A stretch of 64,000 nucleotides of DNA from a virus. A program made the translations under genes and the position numbers. The stretch spans positions 1-64,000 of IMG/VR virus record IMGVR_UViG_3300047557_001498; one strand, written 5' to 3'. Under the pieces are notes generated by a model. That model was not told where the DNA came from. It made no database searches and saw nothing but the letters and a program-made list of their open reading frames with translations. Shown here piece by piece: positions 38,503 to 48,691 of this stretch (the first letter of the stretch is position 1; each line of letters begins with the position of its first letter).

Positions 38503-38997
38503 TTATTTTTTTTCACTATCCTTTTTACCATCTTCCTTTTTCTTAAAAGAAACTATCTTAGTTTGTTTCTTATAGTCATCCAAATCTATCGTTGGTTCAA
38601 AATCATTTTGACTAACTCTAGTATCTAAATCAACAAATGCATCAAGAAATTTATCTTTCTTTTTCGGTATTATAGATTTTTTATTCATAAGAGGTTCTAC
38701 GGTATCAACATACTCCTCTCTTTCAGCATCACTATCAGGTTGTTTTAATTTATTCTTCAACCGTTTAGTATCTTTCGGAGAGTAAGATGTAACTCTATGA
38801 CCAAATACATCCTCTTTCACTTGATGTGGGTATTTTCCATTTTTTATTCGGTTGTATATCATTATCAATTCAACTTCTGACATATCATCCAAATGTTTTT
38901 TACCAACAGTTTTTTCACACCATGACATGAAATCCTTGTCACCATCCCAAGATACTTTCATCTTTTCTGCAATTTTATGTATTTGTTCAGGTTTCAT
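38503..38997 (-). CDS. hypothetical protein
   Basis: 164-aa ORF within operon. Confidence 0.7.
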   Translation of the reverse strand: MKPEQIHKIAEKMKVSWDGDKDFMSWCEKTVGKKHLDDMSEVELIMIYNRIKNGKYPHQVKEDVFGHRVTSYSPKDTKRLKNKLKQPDSDAEREEYVDTVEPLMNKKSIIPKKKDKFLDAFVDLDTRVSQNDFEPTIDLDDYKKQTKIVSFKKKEDGKKDSEKK

Positions 38998-39182
38998 TTA
39001 GTATAAGGAAATAAATCATTTAAAATTTCACGTCTTTTACTACAACCACAATCTTCCTTCCCCATTGCATGTGCAACGGATTCCGCTACCTTATCAAGAC
39101 CAACTGCGTGTGTAACTTTTGCAATAGTATCACCAAGACCCTTTGATTCTTGATTTTCCGTTTGTTGTGTTTGTTCGCTCAT
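38994..39182 (-). CDS. small conserved phage protein with CGC motif
   Basis: SKGLGDTIAK.T...G..DCGC.KRRE.LN.LFPY. Confidence 0.75.
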   Translation of the reverse strand: MSEQTQQTENQESKGLGDTIAKVTHAVGLDKVAESVAHAMGKEDCGCSKRREILNDLFPYTK

Positions 39183-39203
39183 AGTAATCACCTTTAATTA
39201 GTT

Positions 39204-39560
39204 TTACTTTAATGTTATTAAATAACGAAGTTTATTAAATTCTGCTAACATTTCATCACGAATATTAAGCAAATCTGTATCTGTTTGTGGGTTTAATTCA
39301 TTACTCAAACTCAATAAATACATTACAGTTTCATCTATAAATGCAGTAATGTCCTTTTCATTTCTGTTGTAAACTTTGAATTGTACTGCTGGAACTCGAC
39401 CATACTTACCCATAAGAACTTCAACGAAATTATCAATAAGACCATCCATTGCATCATAAGTTCCACCGTATGCCTGATGTCTGGCGTATGATTTGGTTTG
39501 CCAGTGAAAAAATCTTAATTGTGTTTGAATTGCCACAAGTGTGCTTGCCATTTCATGCAT
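39204..39560 (-). CDS. ferritin/Dps-like four-helix protein (DUF5856-like)
   Basis: FFHWQTKSYARHQA...YD..D.LID.FVE; GGAGA SD before ATG 39560. Confidence 0.75.
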   Translation of the reverse strand: MHEMASTLVAIQTQLRFFHWQTKSYARHQAYGGTYDAMDGLIDNFVEVLMGKYGRVPAVQFKVYNRNEKDITAFIDETVMYLLSLSNELNPQTDTDLLNIRDEMLAEFNKLRYLITLK

Positions 39561-39604
39561 AATATTCTCCAAAATAAAAACTTAAAGATACATATAAATA
39601 TGAT

Positions 39605-40390
39605 TTATTTATATTTTGAAATCATTTTTGAATTAGTATTAACATTATGTTGTGCATATTGTCCCCATTTGTATTTAAAATATTCATGGGAATCTGCTTC
39701 GGATTCTTTGGATGATTCAACTTCATCATCGGATTTCGATGAAACTGATACAAAGTGGTAAAAATGTGCGGAATAGTCTCTCAACATACGCATACCACTC
39801 AACTCACATTTCAAAAAGAAATCCCAATCAGAAACCGCACCAGCTTTTGACGGATAATTTTCATCAAATCCACCCACTCTTAAAAAATCTTTTTTAAACA
39901 TTAGTATTGGAAAAGTTGATCCCGAATCATCCATTGTGTTATTTGAAGATACCATTTCGGAATAATCCCAAAAAGAAGCCAAATCAAATGAATCTGGATT
40001 TCTACCCAAATCTTTTATGATAAACTGTTGAAACATACTAGGATATGGTTCTATTTGGTTTGGCGAAACCACTTCATTCTCTAACATATGTTCGGTTAAA
40101 AGTTTATCCCAATCTTTCGGAAAAACATTATCATCATTAACTATTAAAATCTTTTCATTCGTTGAATTGTAAACACCCATGTTAGTTGCACGGCAAGTTC
40201 CAATGTTATTAGGGATATTCAAAACTAGAATATAGTTTTCATATTTTTTTATTATATGTTTATTTTCGTTGTAAGTTCCGTCTATAACTACTATTATTTC
40301 ATTATTATTGACTTGACCACTTATAGCAGATTTTAAACATAAATCCAATACTTGTGGCGACTTATATGTTGGTATTATTACTGAAATCAT
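39605..40390 (-). CDS. glycosyltransferase family 2
   Basis: ISVIIPTY, VNDDNVF, GGFDE.Y..SDWDF. Confidence 0.85.
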   Translation of the reverse strand: MISVIIPTYKSPQVLDLCLKSAISGQVNNNEIIVVIDGTYNENKHIIKKYENYILVLNIPNNIGTCRATNMGVYNSTNEKILIVNDDNVFPKDWDKLLTEHMLENEVVSPNQIEPYPSMFQQFIIKDLGRNPDSFDLASFWDYSEMVSSNNTMDDSGSTFPILMFKKDFLRVGGFDENYPSKAGAVSDWDFFLKCELSGMRMLRDYSAHFYHFVSVSSKSDDEVESSKESEADSHEYFKYKWGQYAQHNVNTNSKMISKYK

Positions 40391-41119
40391 TTAGTTTACA
40401 GATAGTGTTAAAAATTTACCATTATGTTTCTCTACACCGTAACAAATAACCCTTTCCATAGCGTGTGCAAGCAAATCACTATTGGGTGAATAATTTTCTT
40501 CAAACTCCTCGTATAGTAAATCAAGATCACACCCATTGAAAAATTTATGTAGATAGTCAGACTTAACTATAAACATTGATCCTGCAAAAAAACATCCATG
40601 ATTAAAAGAATCAACATAATTCATAAGCTTATCAATTTTATCAACACAGTTCATTCTATTCACATGATCAATCGGTTCTCTATATGTATCATAGAAATGA
40701 CGCTCTGATCCAGCCATGTACACATTATCATTTTCTTCCATAAAAGAAATTATTTCATAGAATCTATCTTTTGATTTTATTAACGGTTGTACTAACTGCA
40801 TTCTCCATATTATTCCAAAATTAGATCCGAATTTTTTATCATAATACTCAGATTTTTTACCATGTATTTTCAAAATATATTCATATCCCATATCCTTTAT
40901 CTTGTTCCAAACATAAACAAAAGGACCGTAATCCATTCCTTTATTTTTTACCATAAAAACTTCTTTAGCAAATAAACGAATATCATTAGTGTATTCAGTT
41001 TCTTCATTTATAGTAACATATAAGTGAACATCATCGTTTAGCAATGGTTGTATTTTTTCTTTTAATTCGTTCCACAATTCTTGGTAATATAGATGCAATA
41101 CAATAGCTACCATTAACAC
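40391..41119 (-). CDS. rhamnan synthesis F (RgpF)-like protein
   Basis: HLYY..LW.E, NKGMDYGPF, KIHGKKS, FFAGSMF, AHAMER. Confidence 0.8.
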   Translation of the reverse strand: MLMVAIVLHLYYQELWNELKEKIQPLLNDDVHLYVTINEETEYTNDIRLFAKEVFMVKNKGMDYGPFVYVWNKIKDMGYEYILKIHGKKSEYYDKKFGSNFGIIWRMQLVQPLIKSKDRFYEIISFMEENDNVYMAGSERHFYDTYREPIDHVNRMNCVDKIDKLMNYVDSFNHGCFFAGSMFIVKSDYLHKFFNGCDLDLLYEEFEENYSPNSDLLAHAMERVICYGVEKHNGKFLTLSVN

Positions 41120-41122
41120 ACC

Positions 41123-41749
41123 TTAAATAATTTTAGAATAAAATTCGTTTTGTTTTTCTTGTTTTTCTATGGTCTTGAAATGCAAAAGTGAAAACTCTTG
41201 TTCTTCCGGAAATGCAGAATATCTTTCAAATCCTTCCAACCTTTCGTGTACTTTATTTTTCCAATTTATATTTTCACTATTTCTATAAATTCTAGTTTGA
41301 TAATCCGGCCAATTTATTCTATCCATATCATCAAGTTTCCATCCCCATTTTTTTATATGTTCATCGGTTATGCCCTCTACAATATTCCACCTTGGTACTA
41401 ATATCATTTCAACATTTTTGTTATCATTCAATATTAGATGTAGATTATCAATTAAAAATTCAGATGGAACTTCATCTGCATCTATATTAAAAATCCATTC
41501 TTTTGAACAATGTGATTTCAAATTATTTTTAAAATCAGAGAAATTATCATTTAGTGGAAATTTTAAATAAATTAGTTTTGAGAACTTATCAATATATTCC
41601 GAAACAACATCTTCTACTTCTGATGTTAGTTTTTCAGAATCGGCCTGAATGACTACCTCATCATCATTTGATATATGTTTTAGCAAATATCCCAATAAAA
41701 GATTTAATTCTTCTGCTTCGTTGCATACTGTTATTGTGTATGAAATCAT
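41123..41749 (-). CDS. glycosyltransferase family 2
   Basis: WIFNIDADE, WPDYQTRIY, VHE. Confidence 0.85.
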   Translation of the reverse strand: MISYTITVCNEAEELNLLLGYLLKHISNDDEVVIQADSEKLTSEVEDVVSEYIDKFSKLIYLKFPLNDNFSDFKNNLKSHCSKEWIFNIDADEVPSEFLIDNLHLILNDNKNVEMILVPRWNIVEGITDEHIKKWGWKLDDMDRINWPDYQTRIYRNSENINWKNKVHERLEGFERYSAFPEEQEFSLLHFKTIEKQEKQNEFYSKII

Positions 41750-43044
41750 TAAGAAATCTCCGATGGTTTTTTAATTTTAGGCAAACTTAATGTAAGTCTT
41801 TCTGCAAATTTGGGCAATCGTTCATCTAATATCTTCTTGAAATTAGTGTGCATTTTTTTATATGACCATTTTTCTTTTATCTCAATAATAGACATTTTAG
41901 ATTTTGAATGATGTTTATTGTAGTTTAAGTAGACATCTTTTAATTTTTCAGACGCAACATCATAATCAACAGTAAACCAAGAAGAACCTTCATTTATTAT
42001 AGTATTCCAAACTGCACTTTGGTGAACTCTTTCCAATTTTCCAGGCAACAATATATTATTATTTGGATTGACAAAATCAACGTGGCCACTCCATCCTGAA
42101 ACTATAACTGGTTTGCCTGACCTCATAAACTCAGCAATAGGTCTTCCATATCCTTCTCCTTTTGTAAAAGAAACAAATGCCTTAATCTTATTATGATTGT
42201 ACAAAGTATTCATTTCTTTTTCATTTAAGTCTCCAAACATTAAGTATATTTTTGGCAACTTCTTTGCATCAACCATTTTTTTTATCGAATTTATTTTATT
42301 TTTTAATTCAGTTAAAGCAGTGTTTGAAAACGTACCCATAGAAGTTTTTAGAACAAGTGCAGGTGGATATTTCGTATCTTTGAATGTTTCTAAAAATAAA
42401 TGTATCAATCCAGAAACATCTTTTCTATCTTGACGAAATTCGCCCTTTAACCAATGACCAACAAAAAGAAAACAAAAATCTTCTTTTATTTTTGACATCT
42501 GTTCACTTACAGTTGTTGATTCTCTATTTTCTTTATTAAAAATATCAGTTCTAACCCCCTCATGTAAAATTTCAATAGGTTTTTTTATTTTTACTAAATC
42601 GATTATTTCTCCAGTAGTTTTATCCCTTTTTTCATAGGAAGTTTCAACAAAAACATTCTTTGCATGATGTGATGGAACCAATACCAAGTCCATTCTATTG
42701 CAACCTTCTATCCATTCGGGAGAGCATATATTTGTTTCTATACCAGCAGTTATACCAATATTGTATTTACCCATAGGTGTAAATTCTGATGGTATGGTAC
42801 ATTGAACCCAAATTTCTGGTTTAACAACAATGGGTTCATTTGAAATTCTGGAAATTATATCGATATGTTCTGGATTTGTTTCATCTAATGCATTCATTGG
42901 GGTGTCTCCCCAATTTATAGGAACTATTTTAATTTCAAATCTGTCCATTTCTATAAGTGATGTTACTAAATCTCTTGCATGAGATCCATAACCACTAACA
43001 GTTTCTACTGGTCCACAAAATACTAAATATGGTTTATTACTCAT
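41749..43044 (-). CDS. glycosyltransferase, GT-B (family 4-like)
   Basis: SGYG.HAR, EGYGRPIAE..G.PVI. Confidence 0.85.
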   Translation of the reverse strand: MSNKPYLVFCGPVETVSGYGSHARDLVTSLIEMDRFEIKIVPINWGDTPMNALDETNPEHIDIISRISNEPIVVKPEIWVQCTIPSEFTPMGKYNIGITAGIETNICSPEWIEGCNRMDLVLVPSHHAKNVFVETSYEKRDKTTGEIIDLVKIKKPIEILHEGVRTDIFNKENRESTTVSEQMSKIKEDFCFLFVGHWLKGEFRQDRKDVSGLIHLFLETFKDTKYPPALVLKTSMGTFSNTALTELKNKINSIKKMVDAKKLPKIYLMFGDLNEKEMNTLYNHNKIKAFVSFTKGEGYGRPIAEFMRSGKPVIVSGWSGHVDFVNPNNNILLPGKLERVHQSAVWNTIINEGSSWFTVDYDVASEKLKDVYLNYNKHHSKSKMSIIEIKEKWSYKKMHTNFKKILDERLPKFAERLTLSLPKIKKPSEIS

Positions 43045-43051
43045 GTTTACC

Positions 43052-44476
43052 TCAAATTAAATGTATTTCAAATTTCTTTCTTTTATTGAAATGTTCAAAT
43101 GTATTATCAATGCTTTTTATCACCCTATTTGACATTTCTTTCCTAGACATACCGACTTTTTCTTCCATAATAAACTCTCTACCTTTAAGACCGGCTTCTT
43201 TTCTCTGTTCTTTTGGTGTAAGATACCACTCATATAAAGCATCACCAATTTCTCGGTAGTCTGCTCTGTCATCAAAGATATACGGTGTTGGTACTGATCC
43301 CTGTAATGATATGTTTGAAGGCCAAACCGGCTTAACCCAACAACCGTGTTTCAACTCTGACCATATGTATTTATCATGCAAGGTATGTATTTTGATATAA
43401 TCATCGGCTGTAAAGTAGTCATTAGTTTCTGGATTTATGAAACCACATTGATCCTGCAATCCACCGGTTACATTTACAACTATTGGTACTCCACAAGAAA
43501 GTGACTCGGCAGTGCCAAGACCAAATCCTTCATTTGAAGCCATGTTTAGAACAACATCTGCCGAATTGTAAAATATATTTAATTGTTCGGGTGTTACAAT
43601 AGAATTGTTAAATAATATATTATATTCATTGCAAAGATTTTCTATAACTGCCATTAAATCCGTTCCATTGTTATCTATCGGAACTGTGTTCATAAACAGA
43701 ATACAATCATTTTTAGCATTACCACCGTTAGCATCTATTTTTTTACACAAATGTTTGTATGCAAGTATAACATCACCTGGATGTTTTCTGTTTATATTTC
43801 TATTATTCCACATGACAACAAATTTGTTTTCATTGTTATCTCTTATTTTTATTCTTTGATCCAAATATGAATCCCATTCCTTATCACCCTCTTTTATTGG
43901 AAAATATACATCGGTGTTTATACCATGTGGAACGTAAGTTATTCTATCGTTAGAAATATCTTGACCGACTTTTTTTAGTATTCTATGGTTTATACCATAA
44001 GTTTGTTTTGAAATTGCCATCAACAAATCACAACTCGAATAAGCATCAGCATTCCACATTGGATCAGTTGGTGTATCTCCTACTAATCCTGATCCATCCC
44101 AAATGTTTAGATACATTAAAGGGATTGTTGTTCTGATTTCATGTTCCATATTATACAACCAACCCCAAAATCTTGGATCTGTAAAATGTAGAATTGCATC
44201 TGGATTTTCTCTATCCATTATTTTTCTCAACATAAAAGGATCACCGTAATTATCATGGCAATATAATTTGACATAACCATCGTTTAATCCCGTAATTGAA
44301 TTACTGTCTTGTGACAAATCCATTACTTTACCTTTATCAGGATGATTTATTGCAGCACCTATCTGAACCCAATCGTATTTGTGTAAAGTGCCCAAAACTA
44401 TATCTCTTGACACAGTTGCTATTCCAGATGTAAGTCTCAAATCGTCTGACAGTAATAATATTTTTTTCTTTGCCAT
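43052..44476 (-). CDS. glycosyltransferase, GT-B (family 4-like)
   Basis: PHGI, RK.P, NEGFGL..AES...G.PI. Confidence 0.85.
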   Translation of the reverse strand: MAKKKILLLSDDLRLTSGIATVSRDIVLGTLHKYDWVQIGAAINHPDKGKVMDLSQDSNSITGLNDGYVKLYCHDNYGDPFMLRKIMDRENPDAILHFTDPRFWGWLYNMEHEIRTTIPLMYLNIWDGSGLVGDTPTDPMWNADAYSSCDLLMAISKQTYGINHRILKKVGQDISNDRITYVPHGINTDVYFPIKEGDKEWDSYLDQRIKIRDNNENKFVVMWNNRNINRKHPGDVILAYKHLCKKIDANGGNAKNDCILFMNTVPIDNNGTDLMAVIENLCNEYNILFNNSIVTPEQLNIFYNSADVVLNMASNEGFGLGTAESLSCGVPIVVNVTGGLQDQCGFINPETNDYFTADDYIKIHTLHDKYIWSELKHGCWVKPVWPSNISLQGSVPTPYIFDDRADYREIGDALYEWYLTPKEQRKEAGLKGREFIMEEKVGMSRKEMSNRVIKSIDNTFEHFNKRKKFEIHLI

Positions 44477-44485
44477 GTGAAACCT

Positions 44486-45871
44486 TTATATGTTAAAAAA
44501 CTTTTGTGTTGTAGTTGATGAAACACCGTTCATGTTAATAAGCATTTTACGGTATGGTTTGAATTTGTAACCCATTTGTTCCAATGAAGAATTAAACAAA
44601 TCTTCCGAGTAATCATCTTTATTTCTTTTACCGTTTGAAACTATTGTTTGCATATCACGAACAAAGTTATTAAGTTTATTCATATCTCTTGTTAATCGTA
44701 TCAATCTCAATCTTCGTCTGTTATATTCTTCTTCATCTTGTTCTAATCTTTGAATATCCAATATAAGACTTTTTAATGAATTTTCCAAATCATTTATATC
44801 ATAAGATAAAACTAATTCAGGAAATTCTGTTCCTTTGAACAAATCAATATATGTTTTATCATAAATTGGAATAGTCATCAAGTTCTTTTCTATTTGAGCA
44901 TATTCAAATCTTGGTGTAATGAACATTCCGAAGAACGGCACTTTTGTATTTGTTGTTGATATACTAAATCTACAACCACATAAAAAGTCCATCATACTTT
45001 CCATTGTATATGTTCCTGCAAGTATCATGGGTTTATGGTTATCGAAAACTTTGAATACAGTTGGATCCAAATCAAAGTCTGGAAGAAATGTATCACTAAA
45101 AGTTTTACGAGAAACATTCGAGTGTTCCGCCAATATCTTTACATGATTGAAATAATTTTCGGGTGAATATGTGTTTCCAATGTGAACCAATTTCTTACCA
45201 GACAAGTCTCTCAGTCCCATCTTACCCATTGTTTCTACTATTGGTTTGAAGTTTCCATGGCCTTTAAATTTTGCATAGTAAGCACATTCTGAAATGTATG
45301 GTAATTCTTTTTTATCTAACCATGATTTTTCAATCCACTTGTCATAGATACTCATGTCAATATAACCACCGACTTGAAAAGTATAGTTGGAAGTTCCTCT
45401 CATTCCAATATATTCTTTCAATGCATCCACAAAGAACGGTGTGTATGTCAAATAGTAATCACTATATTTTATGAATGCCGGAACACAAATTGTATTGAAA
45501 TGCATGCCTTCATATGGATATATCTCATGGTCAAAGAATGCAGTTATAGTATTCAACTGACAATACATCTTTGCCAATTCAATCAGTCTTTCTTTATGTT
45601 CTGGTTTTCTTTTTTGAATACCATCAACATCATAGATAAATTTGTTGAGATTCAAAACAACAATATCGTATTGTTCCAACTTATTTTTCAATTTAGTTAT
45701 TTCCATTTCGGAAATATCTAAACAGTTCTGATATTCAGATTTGAAATTGTTTGTTTCGCTTGGGTTAAAATAAAAAGTATCAACACTATCAAGTGATGAT
45801 ATATTTTTGGTAAAGGTATGTATACCCCTATAAACCGAAAGGTCAATTATTGCCAACTGAGCTATTTTCAC
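44486..45871 (-). CDS. GT-B protein resembling T4 DNA alpha-glucosyltransferase
   Basis: N-terminal G(I/V)..F and C-terminal RFEYAQIE...TIPI recall T4 AGT (SLEYTHLE...TIPV); GTG start with AGGTG SD. Confidence 0.55.
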   Translation of the reverse strand: MKIAQLAIIDLSVYRGIHTFTKNISSLDSVDTFYFNPSETNNFKSEYQNCLDISEMEITKLKNKLEQYDIVVLNLNKFIYDVDGIQKRKPEHKERLIELAKMYCQLNTITAFFDHEIYPYEGMHFNTICVPAFIKYSDYYLTYTPFFVDALKEYIGMRGTSNYTFQVGGYIDMSIYDKWIEKSWLDKKELPYISECAYYAKFKGHGNFKPIVETMGKMGLRDLSGKKLVHIGNTYSPENYFNHVKILAEHSNVSRKTFSDTFLPDFDLDPTVFKVFDNHKPMILAGTYTMESMMDFLCGCRFSISTTNTKVPFFGMFITPRFEYAQIEKNLMTIPIYDKTYIDLFKGTEFPELVLSYDINDLENSLKSLILDIQRLEQDEEEYNRRRLRLIRLTRDMNKLNNFVRDMQTIVSNGKRNKDDYSEDLFNSSLEQMGYKFKPYRKMLINMNGVSSTTTQKFFNI

Positions 45872-45926
45872 GAAACACCTAATTAAATTATCTATAATAA
45901 ATATCAAGTAAATTTACAAAATCGAA

Positions 45927-46652
45927 TCAACTTAAATAAAAATTTAGTGCATAATGGTCTTCGATTTCATTCAAATTATGTCCATGAAAATCGGTATCTT
46001 TTCTAATATACCCTTTATCGCTTCTTCTTTTATCGGCTCTACCTCTATTTTTTTTATCTTGCCATTCATCAAATGTTTTACAAAAATAATGATTTAACTG
46101 TGCGGTATCATAGTTTCCATTTTTATTAAATGGTCCAGTAAATTTTTTATGTTCGGTATTTACTATTGAAATATTGATTGGATTGTGTATATCCATTCTT
46201 ACTCTTTTATCCAATTTAACAATACATTTTATATGAATATTTATGTCAGATTGTCTTCTGGTAAATCTATTTAAAACAGAATAGTCTCCTTCAAATGATA
46301 GTCCACTATCACCAAACAATGCCCAATTTATACCTATTGACTCATAATCTGTATAATCATTTATGAAATTTTTTACGTTTGAATGTTTTTTTAAAACCAA
46401 AAATTCATCAACATCAAAAAATGCAACCCAATCGTATTTATCATAAAAATTTTGTATGAAACGGTTATATGCAGCAACTTGCATATCATCGCCGTCAGCG
46501 GGTATTTTGTATAAATTATCCATTTCAAGATGACATCGCCAATCATTTTCATAAATGAAAATATCATCAAATCCCAATTTGAAATTGTAATTTACCCATT
46601 CTTCTATGTAATTATCTTCATTTTTAGCAATACATACTAATGCAATCTTCAC
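45927..46652 (-). CDS. glycosyltransferase (GT2/GT92-like)
   Basis: IAKNEDNYIEEW..LGFD.I.IY, WVAFFDVDEFL, LNHY. Confidence 0.85.
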   Translation of the reverse strand: MKIALVCIAKNEDNYIEEWVNYNFKLGFDDIFIYENDWRCHLEMDNLYKIPADGDDMQVAAYNRFIQNFYDKYDWVAFFDVDEFLVLKKHSNVKNFINDYTDYESIGINWALFGDSGLSFEGDYSVLNRFTRRQSDINIHIKCIVKLDKRVRMDIHNPINISIVNTEHKKFTGPFNKNGNYDTAQLNHYFCKTFDEWQDKKNRGRADKRRSDKGYIRKDTDFHGHNLNEIEDHYALNFYLS

Positions 46653-46667
46653 TATATTTCTCCAGAA

Positions 46668-47579
46668 TTAAAACGGCAATATATTTCTTTTATCATTAGC
46701 ACATAGTTCTTCTTTGTCATTAAACTCACAGTATTTACAATTTGAATAATCACGACCAGCTTCTGCTGGTTGTATAACATCTAAACGATATTCACCTTCT
46801 TCCGTAAAGTTGTGTGTGATAAATTCTGCAATTTCTTTTTTGATATTGTTCTGTGAAACTTTGCCATTAGATGGCTCAAATCTTTGAACCCTTTGTTTCA
46901 TTGCTTCGTATTCAGCATCTTCAATTATTTTACGTCTAAGAATTAAATACTCAATATGTATTTCTTCTGGACTAATATCATATTGTTTTGCATAATATGT
47001 TTTGTAAAGTAATAACTGTGATGTTTTTATTTTATCTGCCTTTGCCCATTTGTTCCAACCATTTGTGCTAGTTTTGAAATCGTATATGTATATTTCACCG
47101 GTCTTTGTATTACGAATCACTAAATCAAGAAATCCAACTAATTTTACTGTTGGGTGAGTTTCAAGTGGAACTATATTTATCGGAACTTCTATACCAACTA
47201 ATTCATAATCTTTCTTTTGGAAAAAGTCTGCACGATGTGCCTTAAACCAATTAAGAATTTGAACACCATCAGAATAATATTCTTTCAATTCTCTATCAGT
47301 TGAAAAGTGTTCATTATTGTTTTCTGTTAGCAATTTCTTATATTGTTCGCGAATTCCTGATTGTAACATTTCATTTACATCAAGTTTATTTGCCTCAACA
47401 ATAGATTTCTCATAGATATTTTTTACATATTCTTGCAATACTTCATGCATTACCGTTCCGAAAAGAGCAGCAGTTGATGGACGGTAACTATAATGTTTAT
47501 CAATGTAATTTAGTTTCCATCTGTGAGGACAGACTTTCCACATTTGATACTGTGAGAAAGATATTTTCCGATTGGACAT
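46668..47579 (-). CDS. PD-(D/E)xK exonuclease (RecB/Cas4-like)
   Basis: ISFSQ..CP, GT.MH, GFLDL..IYDFKT, QL.LY, C.YC..C. Confidence 0.85.
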   Translation of the reverse strand: MSNRKISFSQYQMWKVCPHRWKLNYIDKHYSYRPSTAALFGTVMHEVLQEYVKNIYEKSIVEANKLDVNEMLQSGIREQYKKLLTENNNEHFSTDRELKEYYSDGVQILNWFKAHRADFFQKKDYELVGIEVPINIVPLETHPTVKLVGFLDLVIRNTKTGEIYIYDFKTSTNGWNKWAKADKIKTSQLLLYKTYYAKQYDISPEEIHIEYLILRRKIIEDAEYEAMKQRVQRFEPSNGKVSQNNIKKEIAEFITHNFTEEGEYRLDVIQPAEAGRDYSNCKYCEFNDKEELCANDKRNILPF

Positions 47580-47965
47580 TATTTACCCCACTTGCCAGAC
47601 TGAACAAGTTGTGCAATAATACCATACACTGAAATATCTTTGAATGTATCATCAAGACTTTCGCCAACCGCATCTTGTGATCCAAACATAATCATTTGTT
47701 TGTAACGATTTATTTTATCATTGATACGGAAGAAAAGACCTTGTAAAGAAAGTTTACGGTCTTGTTCTTTTTCAAGTGTGCTACCCATAGATATATTATC
47801 TGGACCATAATTACTTTGTTTTGCACAAAACAATTCATATTGAGTTTGTTGAATACGTTTAAATTCAGCAGTCATAATTGGAAACTTTTCTTCCATTTGT
47901 CTAACAACATCTGATTGTTTTACACCCAAATCTCTTTCTGATATAGACATTTTTATATTCCTCAT
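47579..47965 (-). CDS. nucleotide-modification-associated domain protein (DUF1599/Nmad1-like)
   Basis: KQSNYG..NI, RINDKINR, ESLDDTF.DI..YGII. Confidence 0.75.
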   Translation of the reverse strand: MRNIKMSISERDLGVKQSDVVRQMEEKFPIMTAEFKRIQQTQYELFCAKQSNYGPDNISMGSTLEKEQDRKLSLQGLFFRINDKINRYKQMIMFGSQDAVGESLDDTFKDISVYGIIAQLVQSGKWGK

Positions 47966-48414
47966 TTTATGGTTTTTAATTGTTTCTCAAATTTTTTAAC
48001 ATCATCTTCTTTTGTTCCGTACATTTTTAGTATTTCAATCAGTTCATCTTGATTTTCTTTTTTTAAGAAAACGATATATGGGTATACTTCATTTCTTCCT
48101 AATTCAAAATGTTTACAGAATATATCAACAAACTCCGGCTCTATCTCAACACGAGTTTTTGATTTAATGTATTTTAAGAATATTGATTGTTTCGGGAGAA
48201 CATCGAGTAAAAGTTTATAGTAATCCCTTGAAGTTAAATCACCATTTGAATATTTTTGAAATTCATTTATCGCTTCAACGAATTGAGACTCCATTGAAAA
48301 GAAACGAGCAATCATATAATTGCTCCAAGATTTTTTATCTTCTTCTGTAAGTTCTTCCCATTTTGTTTTACGGAAAGTTATACCTTTGATGTGATCAAAT
48401 AAACTTTTACCCAT
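47962..48414 (-). CDS. clamp loader small subunit (gp62-like)
   Basis: LFD.I..I, YMI.RFFSM, FLKYIK; next to the clamp loader ATPase. Confidence 0.7.
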   Translation of the reverse strand: MGKSLFDHIKGITFRKTKWEELTEEDKKSWSNYMIARFFSMESQFVEAINEFQKYSNGDLTSRDYYKLLLDVLPKQSIFLKYIKSKTRVEIEPEFVDIFCKHFELGRNEVYPYIVFLKKENQDELIEILKMYGTKEDDVKKFEKQLKTIK

Positions 48415-48421
48415 TATATCC

Positions 48422-48691
48422 TCAATCGTTTAACTGTTGTCTTTTTGTTGGCATAAATTCTTCATTGATATTTCCACATTCCAAACAAGCATATGTTGGT
48501 ATTGGAATTATTGCTTCTTGTCCGGTTGGTGAAAGAAGTGCAGATAGTTTCTTAAAAAATGTAACTTCATGGAAAAATTTATTTCCACACTTTGAACATT
48601 CAATATCAGTTGCCTGGTTAATATCAACCGAAACTTGTTGCGGTTGTTGTGGTCTTTGTCCACCACCGTTAATATCATATACGCTCATCAT
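48422..48691 (-). CDS. zinc-ribbon protein
   Basis: CSKCG and CLECG. Confidence 0.75.
   Translation of the reverse strand: MMSVYDINGGGQRPQQPQQVSVDINQATDIECSKCGNKFFHEVTFFKKLSALLSPTGQEAIIPIPTYACLECGNINEEFMPTKRQQLND

Noticed and set aside
46668-47579. Cas4 of a CRISPR system
   Set aside because: Stand-alone PD-(D/E)xK nuclease in a replication cluster with no other cas genes.
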